Shown piece after piece: positions 8,756 through 17,186 of a stretch of DNA of 32,919 nucleotides. Under the pieces are notes generated by a model that was not told the DNA's origin, did not search any database, and saw nothing but the letters and a program-made list of their open reading frames with translations. Made by a program: the position numbers and the translations under genes. Origin of the DNA: Mycobacteriales bacterium (GTDB taxonomy: Bacteria; Actinomycetota; Actinomycetes; Mycobacteriales; SCTD01); the NCBI GenBank assembly GCA_046262855.1, contig JBHEMB010000433.1:1-32919 (forward strand). The letters are read 5' to 3'. How positions within the stretch are numbered: the stretch's first letter is position 1; each line of letters starts with the position of its first letter.

Positions 8756-9655
8756 TCAGCTGAAGAGGCCGGCCAGCGACATGATCTCGTCCTGCGTCGA
8801 CTGCGGGACGATGTAGCCGGCCTCGGCCGTGATCTCGTCGTAGTGCGCGGCGATGTCCTCGGCCGTCACGGTGGCGCCGGCGCCGGCGAACCAGCCCGGG
8901 GCGAGACCCGTGAACACCTTGGCGTAGCGGCCACCCGCGGCGGAGAACGCGCCGTGCGTGGTGGTGTTCGCCTCGCTGCACAGGTACGTCACCATGGGCG
9001 TGATCGACTCGGCCGTCAGGACCTTGCCGAAGTCGCCGAGCAGCTCCTCGGTCATCCGGGTGAACGCGACCGGCATGATGACGTTCGAGAGGATCCCGGC
9101 ACGGGCGCCCTCGACGGCGAGCACGTTCGACAGCCCGATCAGCCCGGCCTTCGCGGCGCCGTAGTTGGTCTGGCCGAAGTTGCCGAAGGTGGCGTTGGAC
9201 GCGGTGAAGACGAACCGGCCGTAGTTGTTCTCCTTCATCACCGCGAACGCGGGCCGGGAGACGTAGAACGCGCCCTTGAGGTGCACGTCGATGACGGCGT
9301 CGAGGTCGCTCCACTCCATCTTGAGGAAGCTCTTGTCGCGCAGGATGCCGGCGTTGTTGACGACGACGTCGACCTTGCCGAACGCGTCGACGGCCGTCTT
9401 GACGATCGCCTCGCCGCCCTCGGGGGTGGACACCGAGTCGTACGACGGGACGGCCTCGCCTCCCGCGGCCTTGATCTCGTCGACGACCTTCTGCGCGGCG
9501 GTGTGCTCGCCGCCGGTGCCGTCGACGCTGCCGCCGAGGTCGTTCACGACGACCTGGGCACCGCGGCGCGCGAGGTCGAGCGCGTAGGTGCGGCCGATGC
9601 CGCCGCCGGCGCCGGTCACGATCGCGACGCGGCCGTCGAAGCTGATGTCAGACAC
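8756..9655 (-). CDS. SDR-family oxidoreductase (MFE-2/3-hydroxyacyl-CoA dehydrogenase-like)
   Basis: Rossmann motif TGAGGGIG, NNAG, and catalytic YGAAK (YxxxK). Confidence 0.9.
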   Translation of the reverse strand: MSDISFDGRVAIVTGAGGGIGRTYALDLARRGAQVVVNDLGGSVDGTGGEHTAAQKVVDEIKAAGGEAVPSYDSVSTPEGGEAIVKTAVDAFGKVDVVVNNAGILRDKSFLKMEWSDLDAVIDVHLKGAFYVSRPAFAVMKENNYGRFVFTASNATFGNFGQTNYGAAKAGLIGLSNVLAVEGARAGILSNVIMPVAFTRMTEELLGDFGKVLTAESITPMVTYLCSEANTTTHGAFSAAGGRYAKVFTGLAPGWFAGAGATVTAEDIAAHYDEITAEAGYIVPQSTQDEIMSLAGLFS

Positions 9656-9720
9656 AGGGAGAGCCTTTCGAGATGGGGCTTGTCGGCGACCATCCTCCCG
9701 TACCGCCTAGCGTGCCCCTC

Positions 9721-10476
9721 ATGGCGGTCCACGTGACAGATGACGGCCCGGTCCGGACGGTGGTCCTGGACCGCCCCGAGGTGCGCGGCGCGGTCGACGG
9801 CGAGCACGCGGCGCTGCTGCGCGAGGCCTTCGAGGAGCTCGACAGCCGAGCGGACCTCAGCGTGGGAATCCTCACGGGGAGCGGCGGGCACTTCTGCGCA
9901 GGGGCCGACCTGAAAGCCGTGAGCACCGGCGCGATGCCGGTGTTCACCCCCGGCGAGGGCCCCGGCCCGATGGGCCCGACCCGGCTGAGGCTGTCCAAGC
10001 CTGTGGTCGCCGCGGTCGAGGGGCACGCCGTCGCCGGGGGGCTCGAGCTCGCGGTCTGGTGCGACCTGCGGGTGGCCAGTGCGACGGCCGTCTTCGGCGT
10101 GTACTGCCGTCGCTGGGGCGTCCCGCTCATCGACGGGGGCACGATCCGGCTCGCGCGCCTCGTCGGCCACGGCCGCGCCATGGAGCTGGTCGTCACCGGC
10201 CGTGGCGTCGGCGCTGACGAGGCGCTCCAGATCGGCCTCGCCAACCGCGTCACGCCTGCCGGAGAGGCCTTGGCGACGGCGCAGGAGTGGGCCCAGGAGA
10301 TCGCCGCTCTCCCGCAGCTGTGCCTGCGGCACGACCGGCTCAGCCTGCTCGAGCAGTGGGGCCTCGACGAGGACGCCGCCATCGCCAACGAGTGGCAGCA
10401 CGGCATGGCCAGCCTGGCGGAGGGTCTTGGCGGCGCGCAGCGGTTCGTGGCGGGCGAGGGCCGGCACGGCTCGTAG
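9721..10476 (+). CDS. enoyl-CoA hydratase/isomerase (crotonase) family protein
   Basis: Crotonase oxyanion-hole motif GHFCAGADLKA and GHAVAGGLELA. ATG at 9721; the track start at 9673 adds 16 aa. Confidence 0.85.
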   Translation: MAVHVTDDGPVRTVVLDRPEVRGAVDGEHAALLREAFEELDSRADLSVGILTGSGGHFCAGADLKAVSTGAMPVFTPGEGPGPMGPTRLRLSKPVVAAVEGHAVAGGLELAVWCDLRVASATAVFGVYCRRWGVPLIDGGTIRLARLVGHGRAMELVVTGRGVGADEALQIGLANRVTPAGEALATAQEWAQEIAALPQLCLRHDRLSLLEQWGLDEDAAIANEWQHGMASLAEGLGGAQRFVAGEGRHGS

Positions 10477-10485
10477 GATCACCGG

Positions 10486-10683
10486 ATGGCCACCTACGAC
10501 TTCCGCTGCCGCACCTGCGACACCGCGTTCGAGGTGCAGCGCAGCATCACGGACGTGAGCAGCCCCTCCTGCCCGCAAGGCCACGCCGAGACCAGCCGGG
10601 TCTTCACACCCGTCGCGGTCGGAGGTACGGCGGCAGCTCCCGCGGCGCAGGGTGGCTGCTGCGGCGGCGGTTGCTGCGGCTGA
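10486..10683 (+). CDS. FmdB-family zinc-ribbon putative regulatory protein
   Basis: MATYDFRCRTCDTAFEV...CPQGH gives the CxxC...CxxxH zinc-ribbon pattern. The Cys/Gly tail (CCGGGCCG) is characteristic of this family. Confidence 0.85.
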   Translation: MATYDFRCRTCDTAFEVQRSITDVSSPSCPQGHAETSRVFTPVAVGGTAAAPAAQGGCCGGGCCG

Positions 10684-11345
10684 TGCGCCGGCTGCTGGCC
10701 GTCCTGGCCGTGACGGTCCCGGTCCTGCTGACCGCCGCGCCCGCGCAGGCGTCGTACCCGAAGGTCCTCGACCACATGGGCTCGGCCACCCACGTCGCGA
10801 TCGTCACTGCCCCGAGCTGGCGGAGCACCCGTGGCGGGATGACGCTGTGGCAGAAGGCCAGCACGGGCTGGCACTCGGTGCGCAACGGGATCCCCGTGTG
10901 GGTCGGCAGGAACGGCTTCCAGTACGCCGACCGCCGGCACGAGGGCGACAGCACCACGCCGGCGGGCAAGTTCCCGATGCGCTTCGCGTTCGGCAGCAGA
11001 AGCAATCCCGGCGTACGCCTGGGATGGACCCAGCTGCACTCCGACTCGTGCTGGTCGGGGGAGCGCGCGGACTACAACACCTACGTACGCCGGACCTGCA
11101 CGTCGCGCGACGAGAACCTCTGGGCGTCGCGGGCCGTGGCGTACCGCTACGCGGCCGTGGTCGGCTTCAACGACCGGCCCGCCGTGTGGGGCAGGGGCTC
11201 CGGGATCTTCCTGCACGAGTCGCTGGGCATGCCGACGCACGGCTGCGTCTCGATGTCGCAGACGAACCTGCTCTGGACACTGCGCTGGATGACAGCCGGG
11301 TCCTGGATCGTGATGGGCCCGCAGGCATACGTGAACGCGCTCTGA
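10683..11345 (+). CDS. secreted YkuD-type L,D-transpeptidase family protein
   Basis: ATG at 10683 shares one base with the FmdB TGA. Signal peptide MRRLLAVLAVTVPVLLTAAPAQA. Catalytic motif IFLHESLGMPTHGCVSM (His...Gly-Cys). The upstream 132 codons of track ORF 10287..11345 are a spurious extension. Confidence 0.8.
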   Translation: MRRLLAVLAVTVPVLLTAAPAQASYPKVLDHMGSATHVAIVTAPSWRSTRGGMTLWQKASTGWHSVRNGIPVWVGRNGFQYADRRHEGDSTTPAGKFPMRFAFGSRSNPGVRLGWTQLHSDSCWSGERADYNTYVRRTCTSRDENLWASRAVAYRYAAVVGFNDRPAVWGRGSGIFLHESLGMPTHGCVSMSQTNLLWTLRWMTAGSWIVMGPQAYVNAL

Positions 11346-11361
11346 GAACATCCGCGTTCAC
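11331..11361 (+). terminator. stem-loop spanning the stop codon of the YkuD gene
   Basis: Arms gtgaacgcg (11331-11339) and cgcgttcac (11353-11361) form a 9-bp perfect stem with a 13-nt loop that contains the TGA. There is no U tract, so its function is uncertain. Confidence 0.3.
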
Positions 11362-11386
11362 AGGGACGGCGAGTGAGGGGCGGCGC

Positions 11387-11833
11387 GTGAGGGACGGTGA
11401 CGGCTGGACCCAGTGCGCGCACGGGCACCGGCACTGGGGCGTGTACGGCGCAGCGGGACTGCTCGTGGTCGCGCCTGGGCCGACGGTCCTGCTGCAGCAC
11501 CGGGCGTTCTGGAGCCATCACGGCGACACCTGGGGCGTGCCCGGCGGCGCCCGCGGGTCCACCGAAACGGCCGTCGAGACGGCCCTACGGGAGGCGTTCG
11601 AGGAGACCGGGCTGAGCAACGAAGGGGTCGAGGTCGTCGACGAGCTCCTCGACGACCATGGCGGCTGGAGCTACACGACGGTGCTGGCCCGAGCGGTGGC
11701 CGAGCTGCCGGTGCACTCCCTCGACAACGAGAGCACCGACGTGCGCTGGGTGACGCTCCCCGATGTCGACCAGCTGCCCCTGCACCCCGGGTTCGCCGGC
11801 ACCTGGCCGGTGCTGCGGCTGCGGCTCAGCTGA
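11387..11833 (+). CDS. NUDIX hydrolase
   Basis: Nudix box GGARGSTETAVETALREAFEETG. GTG at 11387 is preceded by GAGGGG 6 nt upstream. The rest of track ORF 10652..11833 is out-of-frame read-through of the upstream gene. Confidence 0.85.
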   Translation: MRDGDGWTQCAHGHRHWGVYGAAGLLVVAPGPTVLLQHRAFWSHHGDTWGVPGGARGSTETAVETALREAFEETGLSNEGVEVVDELLDDHGGWSYTTVLARAVAELPVHSLDNESTDVRWVTLPDVDQLPLHPGFAGTWPVLRLRLS

Positions 11834-11924
11834 CCGCTGGTCGCGGGCGGAACTGACCTCCCACGGACCGCCGCCGGCATCAGGCACAATCTCCCGCACA
11901 CTTCAGGGGAGGGGAACCCACACC

Positions 11925-12632
11925 ATGGCGGGTCGTGCACGCCTGCTCGCAGGTCTCGCGGTCGTGGTCGCCGGCGGTCTCGCGGCGGGCGCGGCCTACG
12001 CGCTCGACCATGCCACCGATGACGGCACTGCGACAGCAGCCGCGTCAGCGACGCCCTCACCGACACCACTCGCGACGCCCAGCGAGAGCGCCGGCCCGCT
12101 GCCCTCGGCAGCGCCCTCCCCGACTGCCACGGCCACACCCACGGCCACACCCACGGCGCGGCCCACGCCGTCGGCCAGCGCGACCAGGGCCGCCACCCCG
12201 AAGCCGACCGCCCCGGTCCGGCACTACGCCTATCCCGCGCCGACGAGGACGTACGAGGGCCTGTCGCTGAGCGCCAAGATGGACCCACACAGCGGCTCCG
12301 TCGGGGAGACCTTCGACCTGGAGGGGGACGCGACGGACGGTGACGGGACGATCTTCGTGGCCGGCATCGACTGGGGCGACGGCACGGTGGACAAGGGTGA
12401 GGCGTCGCCTGCCCAGTGCCCCGCGTACCCGTCGCCGACCGCGAACCCCGGCCCCTACCAGCCGGCATCGGACCACCGCACCTTCACCCGCTCGCACGTC
12501 TACCGCGCCGCGGGCGACTACCGGGTCGTGGTCACCGTGCGTTCGGTGAACGCAGACTGCCGGCCGCACGGCCCGAAGCCGGAGACGGCCTCCGTCACCT
12601 TCGAAGGCCCGAACGCCATCCACGTGAGCTGA
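11925..12632 (+). CDS. secreted protein with Pro/Thr/Ala-rich linker and PKD-like C-terminal domain
   Basis: ATG at 11925 follows AGGGGAGGGGA. N-terminal TM/signal segment (LLAGLAVVVAGGLAAGAAYA). PT-rich low-complexity stretch. PKD-like motifs follow (DGDGTI..IDWGDGT...HVYRAAGDYRVVVTV). Confidence 0.65.
   Translation: MAGRARLLAGLAVVVAGGLAAGAAYALDHATDDGTATAAASATPSPTPLATPSESAGPLPSAAPSPTATATPTATPTARPTPSASATRAATPKPTAPVRHYAYPAPTRTYEGLSLSAKMDPHSGSVGETFDLEGDATDGDGTIFVAGIDWGDGTVDKGEASPAQCPAYPSPTANPGPYQPASDHRTFTRSHVYRAAGDYRVVVTVRSVNADCRPHGPKPETASVTFEGPNAIHVS
12127..12158 (+). repeat. in-frame 12-nt tandem repeat (ccacggccacac, 2.7 copies)
   Basis: The read is ccacggccacac ccacggccacac ccacggcg. It encodes TATPTATPTA inside the PT-rich linker. 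Confidence 0.7.
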
Positions 12633-12673
12633 CCCTGTTGACGGTCCCGGCGGTCCCGGGAACCGCGACTACG

Positions 12674-14668
12674 GTGAGGTCCGTGCGCGCCACGGAGCTC
12701 CTCGACGTCGCCCTCGAGGCCGTCCCGGGCGCGCAGGCCCGCGAGGGACAGCACGTCATGGCCCAGGCGGTGGAGGCCGCCCTCGCGCGCGGCGAGCACC
12801 TGCTCGTGCAGGCCGGTACCGGCACCGGCAAGTCGCTGGGCTACCTCGTCCCGGCGCTGGCCAGCGGCAAGCGCGTCGTGGTCGCCACGGCGACGAAGGC
12901 ACTGCAGGCGCAGCTGGTCGACAAGGACCTGCCGCGGCTCGCGGATGCGCTGGAGAAGGTGCTGGGTCGCCGTCCGACCTACGCCCTGGCGAAGGGGCGC
13001 AGCAACTACGCGTGCCTGCAGCAGGTCCACCAGGGTCCTGGAGCGCGCGAGCCCGACGAGCAGGACACCCTGTGGGAAGGGCCCACGTCGATGCTGGGGC
13101 AGCAGGTGGTGAAGCTCCGGGAGTGGGCCGCCCAAGCGGTGACCGGCGACCGCGACGAGGTGCCGTTCCCGGTGAACGACCGGGCCTGGCGGCAGATCTC
13201 GGTGACAGCTCGGGAGTGCCTCGGCGGCAAATGCCCCGACCGCGTCGACTGCTTCGCCGAGCGGGCCCGGGAGCAGGCCAAGGAAGCCGACGTCGTGGTG
13301 GCCAACCACGCGCTGCTCGCCGTGGCCACGTTCAGCGGCGTACCGGTGCTGCCCGAGCACGACGCGGTGGTGCTCGACGAGGCGCACGAGTTCGTCAACA
13401 GCGCGACCGACGCCCTGACGGCGGAGGTGAGCGGCAGCGCGGCGCGCCGGGCCTCGGCCGCCGCGAAGAGCTACCTCCAGGAGACGACCCAGGAGCGGCT
13501 CGACGACGCGGCCAAGGTGCTGGAGGGGGTGCTGCTCGGGACCCTGCCCGGCTGGATCCCTGCGCTGCCCGCTCACCTCGTGGACGCTCTCGGTGTCGTG
13601 GAGTCGGTGTTCGGGCTCGCGGCCAACGAGGTCGGCTCCGCCAAGGAGGAGGACGAGTTGGCGCAGGCCCGTCGCGACCAGGTGCGCCTCGGCCTTGCCG
13701 AGGTGGCCGGCGCCGCGGGGGAGATCCGCGAGCCGGCCGTCCGGTCCGCGGTCTATGCCACCACGGACCGGGTGCTCCGCGCCTCTCCGCTGTGGGTCGG
13801 CGGTGCGGTCGCGGACAGGCTCTTCGGGGAGTCCGTCGTGATCGCGACGTCCGCCACGCTGACGGTCGGCGGCTCGTTCGGCCACACCGCCCGTGAGCTG
13901 GGGCTGAAGCAGTCCGAGGGCGCGGCGTACGGCGCGACCGAGCGGGGGAGCTGGCGCTGGCTCGACGTCGGCAGCCCGTTCGACTACGCGCAGCAGGGCC
14001 AGCTCTACATCGCCCGCGACCTCCCTGACCCGGGCAAGCAGTCGGTGGCCTGGCAGAACGCCGTCGACGAGCTGTGCGCGCAGCTCGTCCAGGCCGCCGG
14101 GGGCAGGACCCTCGCGCTGTTCTCCAGCACGGCTGCCGCCGCCCGGGCCGCCGCTGCCGTGCGCGACAAGACCGACGTCCCGGTCCTGCTCCAGGGCGAG
14201 GACACCCCCGGCGCACTGAGCCACCGGTTCGCCGCCGACGCGCGGACCTGCCTGTTCGGGACCCGCTCGTTCTGGCAGGGCGTCGACGTCCCGGGGTCTG
14301 CCTGCCAGCTCGTCATCCTCGACCGGATCCCGTTCCCGCACGTCGACGACCCGCTCATGAAGGCCCGCCTGGCCGATGCGGGGGAGCGCGGGTTCATGGA
14401 CGTGACCCTGCCGCCGGCGGCCGTGCTGCTGGCCCAGGGCGCGGGCCGGCTCATCCGGTCGACCACCGACCGGGGGGTAGTGGTCGTGCTCGACCCGCGG
14501 CTCGCCACGGCCCGCTATGGCGAGGTGCTGCTGCGCACACTCCCGGGCTTCTACCCGGCCAGGAGCCTCGAGGGGGTCCTCGCCTCGCTGAAGGCGATCG
14601 ACGCCTCGGCGGAGCCGGTCCGCGAGGTCGGGCCGCCGCCTGCGGAGCGCCGCCGCCGTGCGATGTAG
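12674..14668 (+). CDS. dinG: ATP-dependent DNA helicase DinG (XPD/Rad3 family, Fe-S)
   Basis: Walker A QAGTGTGKS and DEAH box (VLDEAHEF). Four cysteines (YAC..., ECLGGKCPDRVDC) are placed as in the XPD-type Fe-S domain. C-terminal motifs WQGVDVPG and GRLIRS are present. In-frame GTG at 12674 or 12683. Track ORF 12416.. is an extension overlapping the previous gene. Confidence 0.85.
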   Translation: MRSVRATELLDVALEAVPGAQAREGQHVMAQAVEAALARGEHLLVQAGTGTGKSLGYLVPALASGKRVVVATATKALQAQLVDKDLPRLADALEKVLGRRPTYALAKGRSNYACLQQVHQGPGAREPDEQDTLWEGPTSMLGQQVVKLREWAAQAVTGDRDEVPFPVNDRAWRQISVTARECLGGKCPDRVDCFAERAREQAKEADVVVANHALLAVATFSGVPVLPEHDAVVLDEAHEFVNSATDALTAEVSGSAARRASAAAKSYLQETTQERLDDAAKVLEGVLLGTLPGWIPALPAHLVDALGVVESVFGLAANEVGSAKEEDELAQARRDQVRLGLAEVAGAAGEIREPAVRSAVYATTDRVLRASPLWVGGAVADRLFGESVVIATSATLTVGGSFGHTARELGLKQSEGAAYGATERGSWRWLDVGSPFDYAQQGQLYIARDLPDPGKQSVAWQNAVDELCAQLVQAAGGRTLALFSSTAAAARAAAAVRDKTDVPVLLQGEDTPGALSHRFAADARTCLFGTRSFWQGVDVPGSACQLVILDRIPFPHVDDPLMKARLADAGERGFMDVTLPPAAVLLAQGAGRLIRSTTDRGVVVVLDPRLATARYGEVLLRTLPGFYPARSLEGVLASLKAIDASAEPVREVGPPPAERRRRAM

Positions 14669-15029
14669 CTGCGGGACCGGGTTGCCGTACGCGGGGTGCT
14701 GCGGGCCCTTCCACGACGGGGCACCGGCCCCGACGGCGGAGCAGCTCATGCGGTCCCGGTACACCGCCTTCGCCCGCGGCCTCCCGTCGTACCTGCTGGA
14801 GACCTGGCACCCGTCGACCCGGCCGCGCACTCTCGTCCTGGATCCCGCGCAGGAGTGGCTCGGGCTGCAGGTGCTCGAGGCGCGCGGCGGGTTCCTCGAC
14901 ACCGAGGGCGTGGTGGAGTTCCGCGCCACCTGGCGGCAGCGCGGGGGGACGGAGGTGCTGCACGAGCGCAGCCGCTTCGTGCGCGAGGACGGCCGCTGGC
15001 TCTACGTCAGTGCGCTCGTCCGCAGCTGA
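14658..15029 (+). CDS. YchJ-family (UPF0225, SEC-C motif) protein
   Basis: N-terminal CSCGTGLPYAGCCG (SEC-C-like metal motif) is followed by an NTF2-like YchJ core (MRSRYTAF...). GTG at 14658 overlaps the end of dinG by 11 nt. Confidence 0.8.
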   Translation: MRCSCGTGLPYAGCCGPFHDGAPAPTAEQLMRSRYTAFARGLPSYLLETWHPSTRPRTLVLDPAQEWLGLQVLEARGGFLDTEGVVEFRATWRQRGGTEVLHERSRFVREDGRWLYVSALVRS

Positions 15030-15050
15030 CCAGCAGCCCGCGACGCCCGC

Positions 15051-15752
15051 TCAACGCACGGACGCCCACGGCGCAGTGTCCAGGTGCTCATCGGCCGGGC
15101 CGCCGGGCACGCAGTCACCCGACCGGTAGTCATCGGGCATCCGCGGGTAGACGGTGAGCCAGTAGTCGCGGGCGAGCTCGAGGGCCTGTGCGGGGCTGGC
15201 TCCGAGCAGCTGGGCGGTCGTCACGTCGCGCTGCACCGCCGCGCACTCTGCTTCGGCCTCGTTCGTGAGGCCGCGCATGTGCATCGCCTCGTGCGTCAGC
15301 ACGTGAACGGCGATCACCCGATCGAGCGACAGGGACCGGTGACCGCTGTAGTACTTCCGGAGCTCCCCGCACGGGTCGCGCTTGATGACGGTCCGTGCTT
15401 CGGGCCGGCCGGCGGCGTCGTACTTCACGTAGCCGAGCTCGCTGCCCAGGTCTGCCAGCGCCTGCCCCACCGACTGGCAGCGCACCGCGACCGGGTGCCC
15501 GACGAGCACGGATGCCACCCCGGACAGCCGCTTCTCCTCGGCGCGCCTCCGCACGCCGGGTACGGCGGCTGCGACCGCCACGATCGCCAGCAGCGACACC
15601 GACCAGGTCGGGAAGCCGCGTGGCCGGCCGAGGGCGTCTCGCTGCCGCATCAGCCAGCGCCCGGACAGCGCGAGGCCACTGGTCAGCGCGGCGGCGCTGA
15701 CCATCCCGGTCAGAGAGATCACACCGGGGAGATCGGACGCTGAAGGGCCCAC
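15051..15752 (-). CDS. membrane-anchored hypothetical protein with HExxH motif
   Basis: Two N-terminal hydrophobic segments, then a soluble domain with VLTHEAMHMRG (HExxH) followed by NEAEAE, and several Cys. I recognise no family. The start is uncertain (GTG 15752 or ATG 15704). Confidence 0.6.
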   Translation of the reverse strand: MGPSASDLPGVISLTGMVSAAALTSGLALSGRWLMRQRDALGRPRGFPTWSVSLLAIVAVAAAVPGVRRRAEEKRLSGVASVLVGHPVAVRCQSVGQALADLGSELGYVKYDAAGRPEARTVIKRDPCGELRKYYSGHRSLSLDRVIAVHVLTHEAMHMRGLTNEAEAECAAVQRDVTTAQLLGASPAQALELARDYWLTVYPRMPDDYRSGDCVPGGPADEHLDTAPWASVR

Positions 15753-15760
15753 CTGAAAGG

Positions 15761-16561
15761 ATGCCCGCCGTGGACGACCTGCTGGTGACCCGCTCCGACG
15801 GCGTCGCGACGATCACCTTCAACCGCCCGGAGAAGCACAACGCGATCAGCCTCGCGATGTGGGAGGAGTTCGGGCGGCTGATGCCGTTGCTCGCGGCCGA
15901 CGACACCGTCGACGCGATCCTGTTCCGCGGTCCGGCGGGTGGACCGTTCAGCGCCGGTGCCGACATCAGCGAGTTCCAGACGCTGCGCAAGACCCCGGAG
16001 CAGGCTGAGCGGTACGGCGAGGCGGTGACCGGCGGCGAGCGGGCCGTGCTCGCGTGCCCCAAGCCGACGGTGGCGATGGTGGAGGGGTTCGCGATCGGCG
16101 GCGGGTCGCAGGTGGCGCTGGCCTGCGACCTGCGGCTGTGCGCGCCGGGCAGCCGGTTCGGGATCACGCCGGCCAAGCTGGGGATCGTCTACGCCCTCCA
16201 GTCGACCGCGCGGCTCGTGGACGTCGTCGGCCCCGCCTGGGCCTCGTGGATCCTCATGACCGGCGATCTCGTCGACGCGCAGACGGCGCTGCGGATCGGG
16301 CTCGTGCACGAGGTCTGCGACGACGTCGAGACACGCACCCACGAGCTGCTCCGGACCCTCACCAGCCGGGCGCAGGTCTCGCAGCTCGGCGCGAAGGCGC
16401 TGATCGCGCGCGTGAGCGCCGGCGACCGGGACGAAGACGACTCGGTGCGCCACCACTACGACGCGTCCCTGCACGGCCCCGAGTACGCCGAGGGCGTGGC
16501 CGCCTTCCTCGAGAAGCGGCAGCCTGACTTCAGGGGCGCGCGGTCGGCGCCCGCGGGCTGA
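15761..16561 (+). CDS. enoyl-CoA hydratase/isomerase family protein
   Basis: Crotonase motifs FSAGADISEF and GFAIGGGSQVALACD. GAAAGG lies directly upstream of the ATG. Confidence 0.85.
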   Translation: MPAVDDLLVTRSDGVATITFNRPEKHNAISLAMWEEFGRLMPLLAADDTVDAILFRGPAGGPFSAGADISEFQTLRKTPEQAERYGEAVTGGERAVLACPKPTVAMVEGFAIGGGSQVALACDLRLCAPGSRFGITPAKLGIVYALQSTARLVDVVGPAWASWILMTGDLVDAQTALRIGLVHEVCDDVETRTHELLRTLTSRAQVSQLGAKALIARVSAGDRDEDDSVRHHYDASLHGPEYAEGVAAFLEKRQPDFRGARSAPAG

Positions 16562-16698
16562 GCCGCACGAGGTAGCAGCCGCTCGCCCCTGTCGATCGGG
16601 TCGGGGCGCACACCGCCCGCTGACGGCAACCGCGCGACGTCACGTGGACAAGCTGCCGCGGCGAGAGCACCATCGAGGCATCGAGGGGAGGTGCCGGG

Positions 16699-17103
16699 GT
16701 GGGCAGGTTTCTTGCGGTCGGGGGGCTGGTGGCGGCCATGCTGACCGGGACCGCGGCCCCGGCGGGTGCGACGTTGACCAGCAACACGTTCTCGCCGTCG
16801 GGCGGTCTCACGGCGAAGGGGCGGGTGGCCACCGTCTCGGTGCTGCTGGGCTGCACCGCCCCCGGCAGCGTCCGCTTCACCGTGACGCTGACGCAGGGCG
16901 CAAGCAGCGGTGTCGGGCACGGCGGCGGCAAGTGCACGGGGCAGACCGAAACGTTCACGGTGCGGGTTCCGGCTGACGGGGCGGGCGCGTTCACTGCTGG
17001 TCCCGCGCAGGTGTGTGGGCATGCGGTGAACCAGGAACCCGGCGGCACCCAGGACACCCGGGACTGGTGCCGCAGCGGCGGCATCACGCTGCACGCCTCA
17101 TAG
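16699..17103 (+). CDS. small secreted hypothetical protein (4 Cys)
   Basis: GTG follows GAGGGGAGG. Signal peptide (GRFLAVGGLVAAMLTGTAAPAGA). The mature part is beta-rich with four cysteines. I recognise no family. Confidence 0.55.
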   Translation: MGRFLAVGGLVAAMLTGTAAPAGATLTSNTFSPSGGLTAKGRVATVSVLLGCTAPGSVRFTVTLTQGASSGVGHGGGKCTGQTETFTVRVPADGAGAFTAGPAQVCGHAVNQEPGGTQDTRDWCRSGGITLHAS

Positions 17104-17186
17104 GGCGCCCGAACACGTCCGTACCGAAGCTGACCCAAGAGAGGTGCGGTTCTTGGACCGGCGCAGCCGCGCCCGGTTCACGAGAA

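Noticed and set aside
10287-10682. Long N-terminal extensions in the ORF track: 10287.. for the YkuD gene, 10652.. for NUDIX, 12416.. for dinG, 6308.. for the kinase, 28514.. for the methyltransferase and 22735 for the GT.
   Set aside because: The extensions overlap upstream genes in other frames and lack protein-like sequence. Better internal starts with RBS or stop/start coupling exist.
12633-12673. SOS (LexA) box or RecA-independent damage promoter upstream of dinG and of the RecQ operon.
   Set aside because: No TCGAAC-N4-GTTCGA-like palindrome or TTGTCRGTG-N8-TAnnnT element is found. There is only a small tcccgg/ccggga hairpin (12645-12661).
12518-14929. 803-aa minus-strand ORF covering dinG and ychJ.
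   Set aside because: It is an antisense artefact with the same low-complexity Arg/Gly/Pro composition and no motifs. dinG on the plus strand is well supported.
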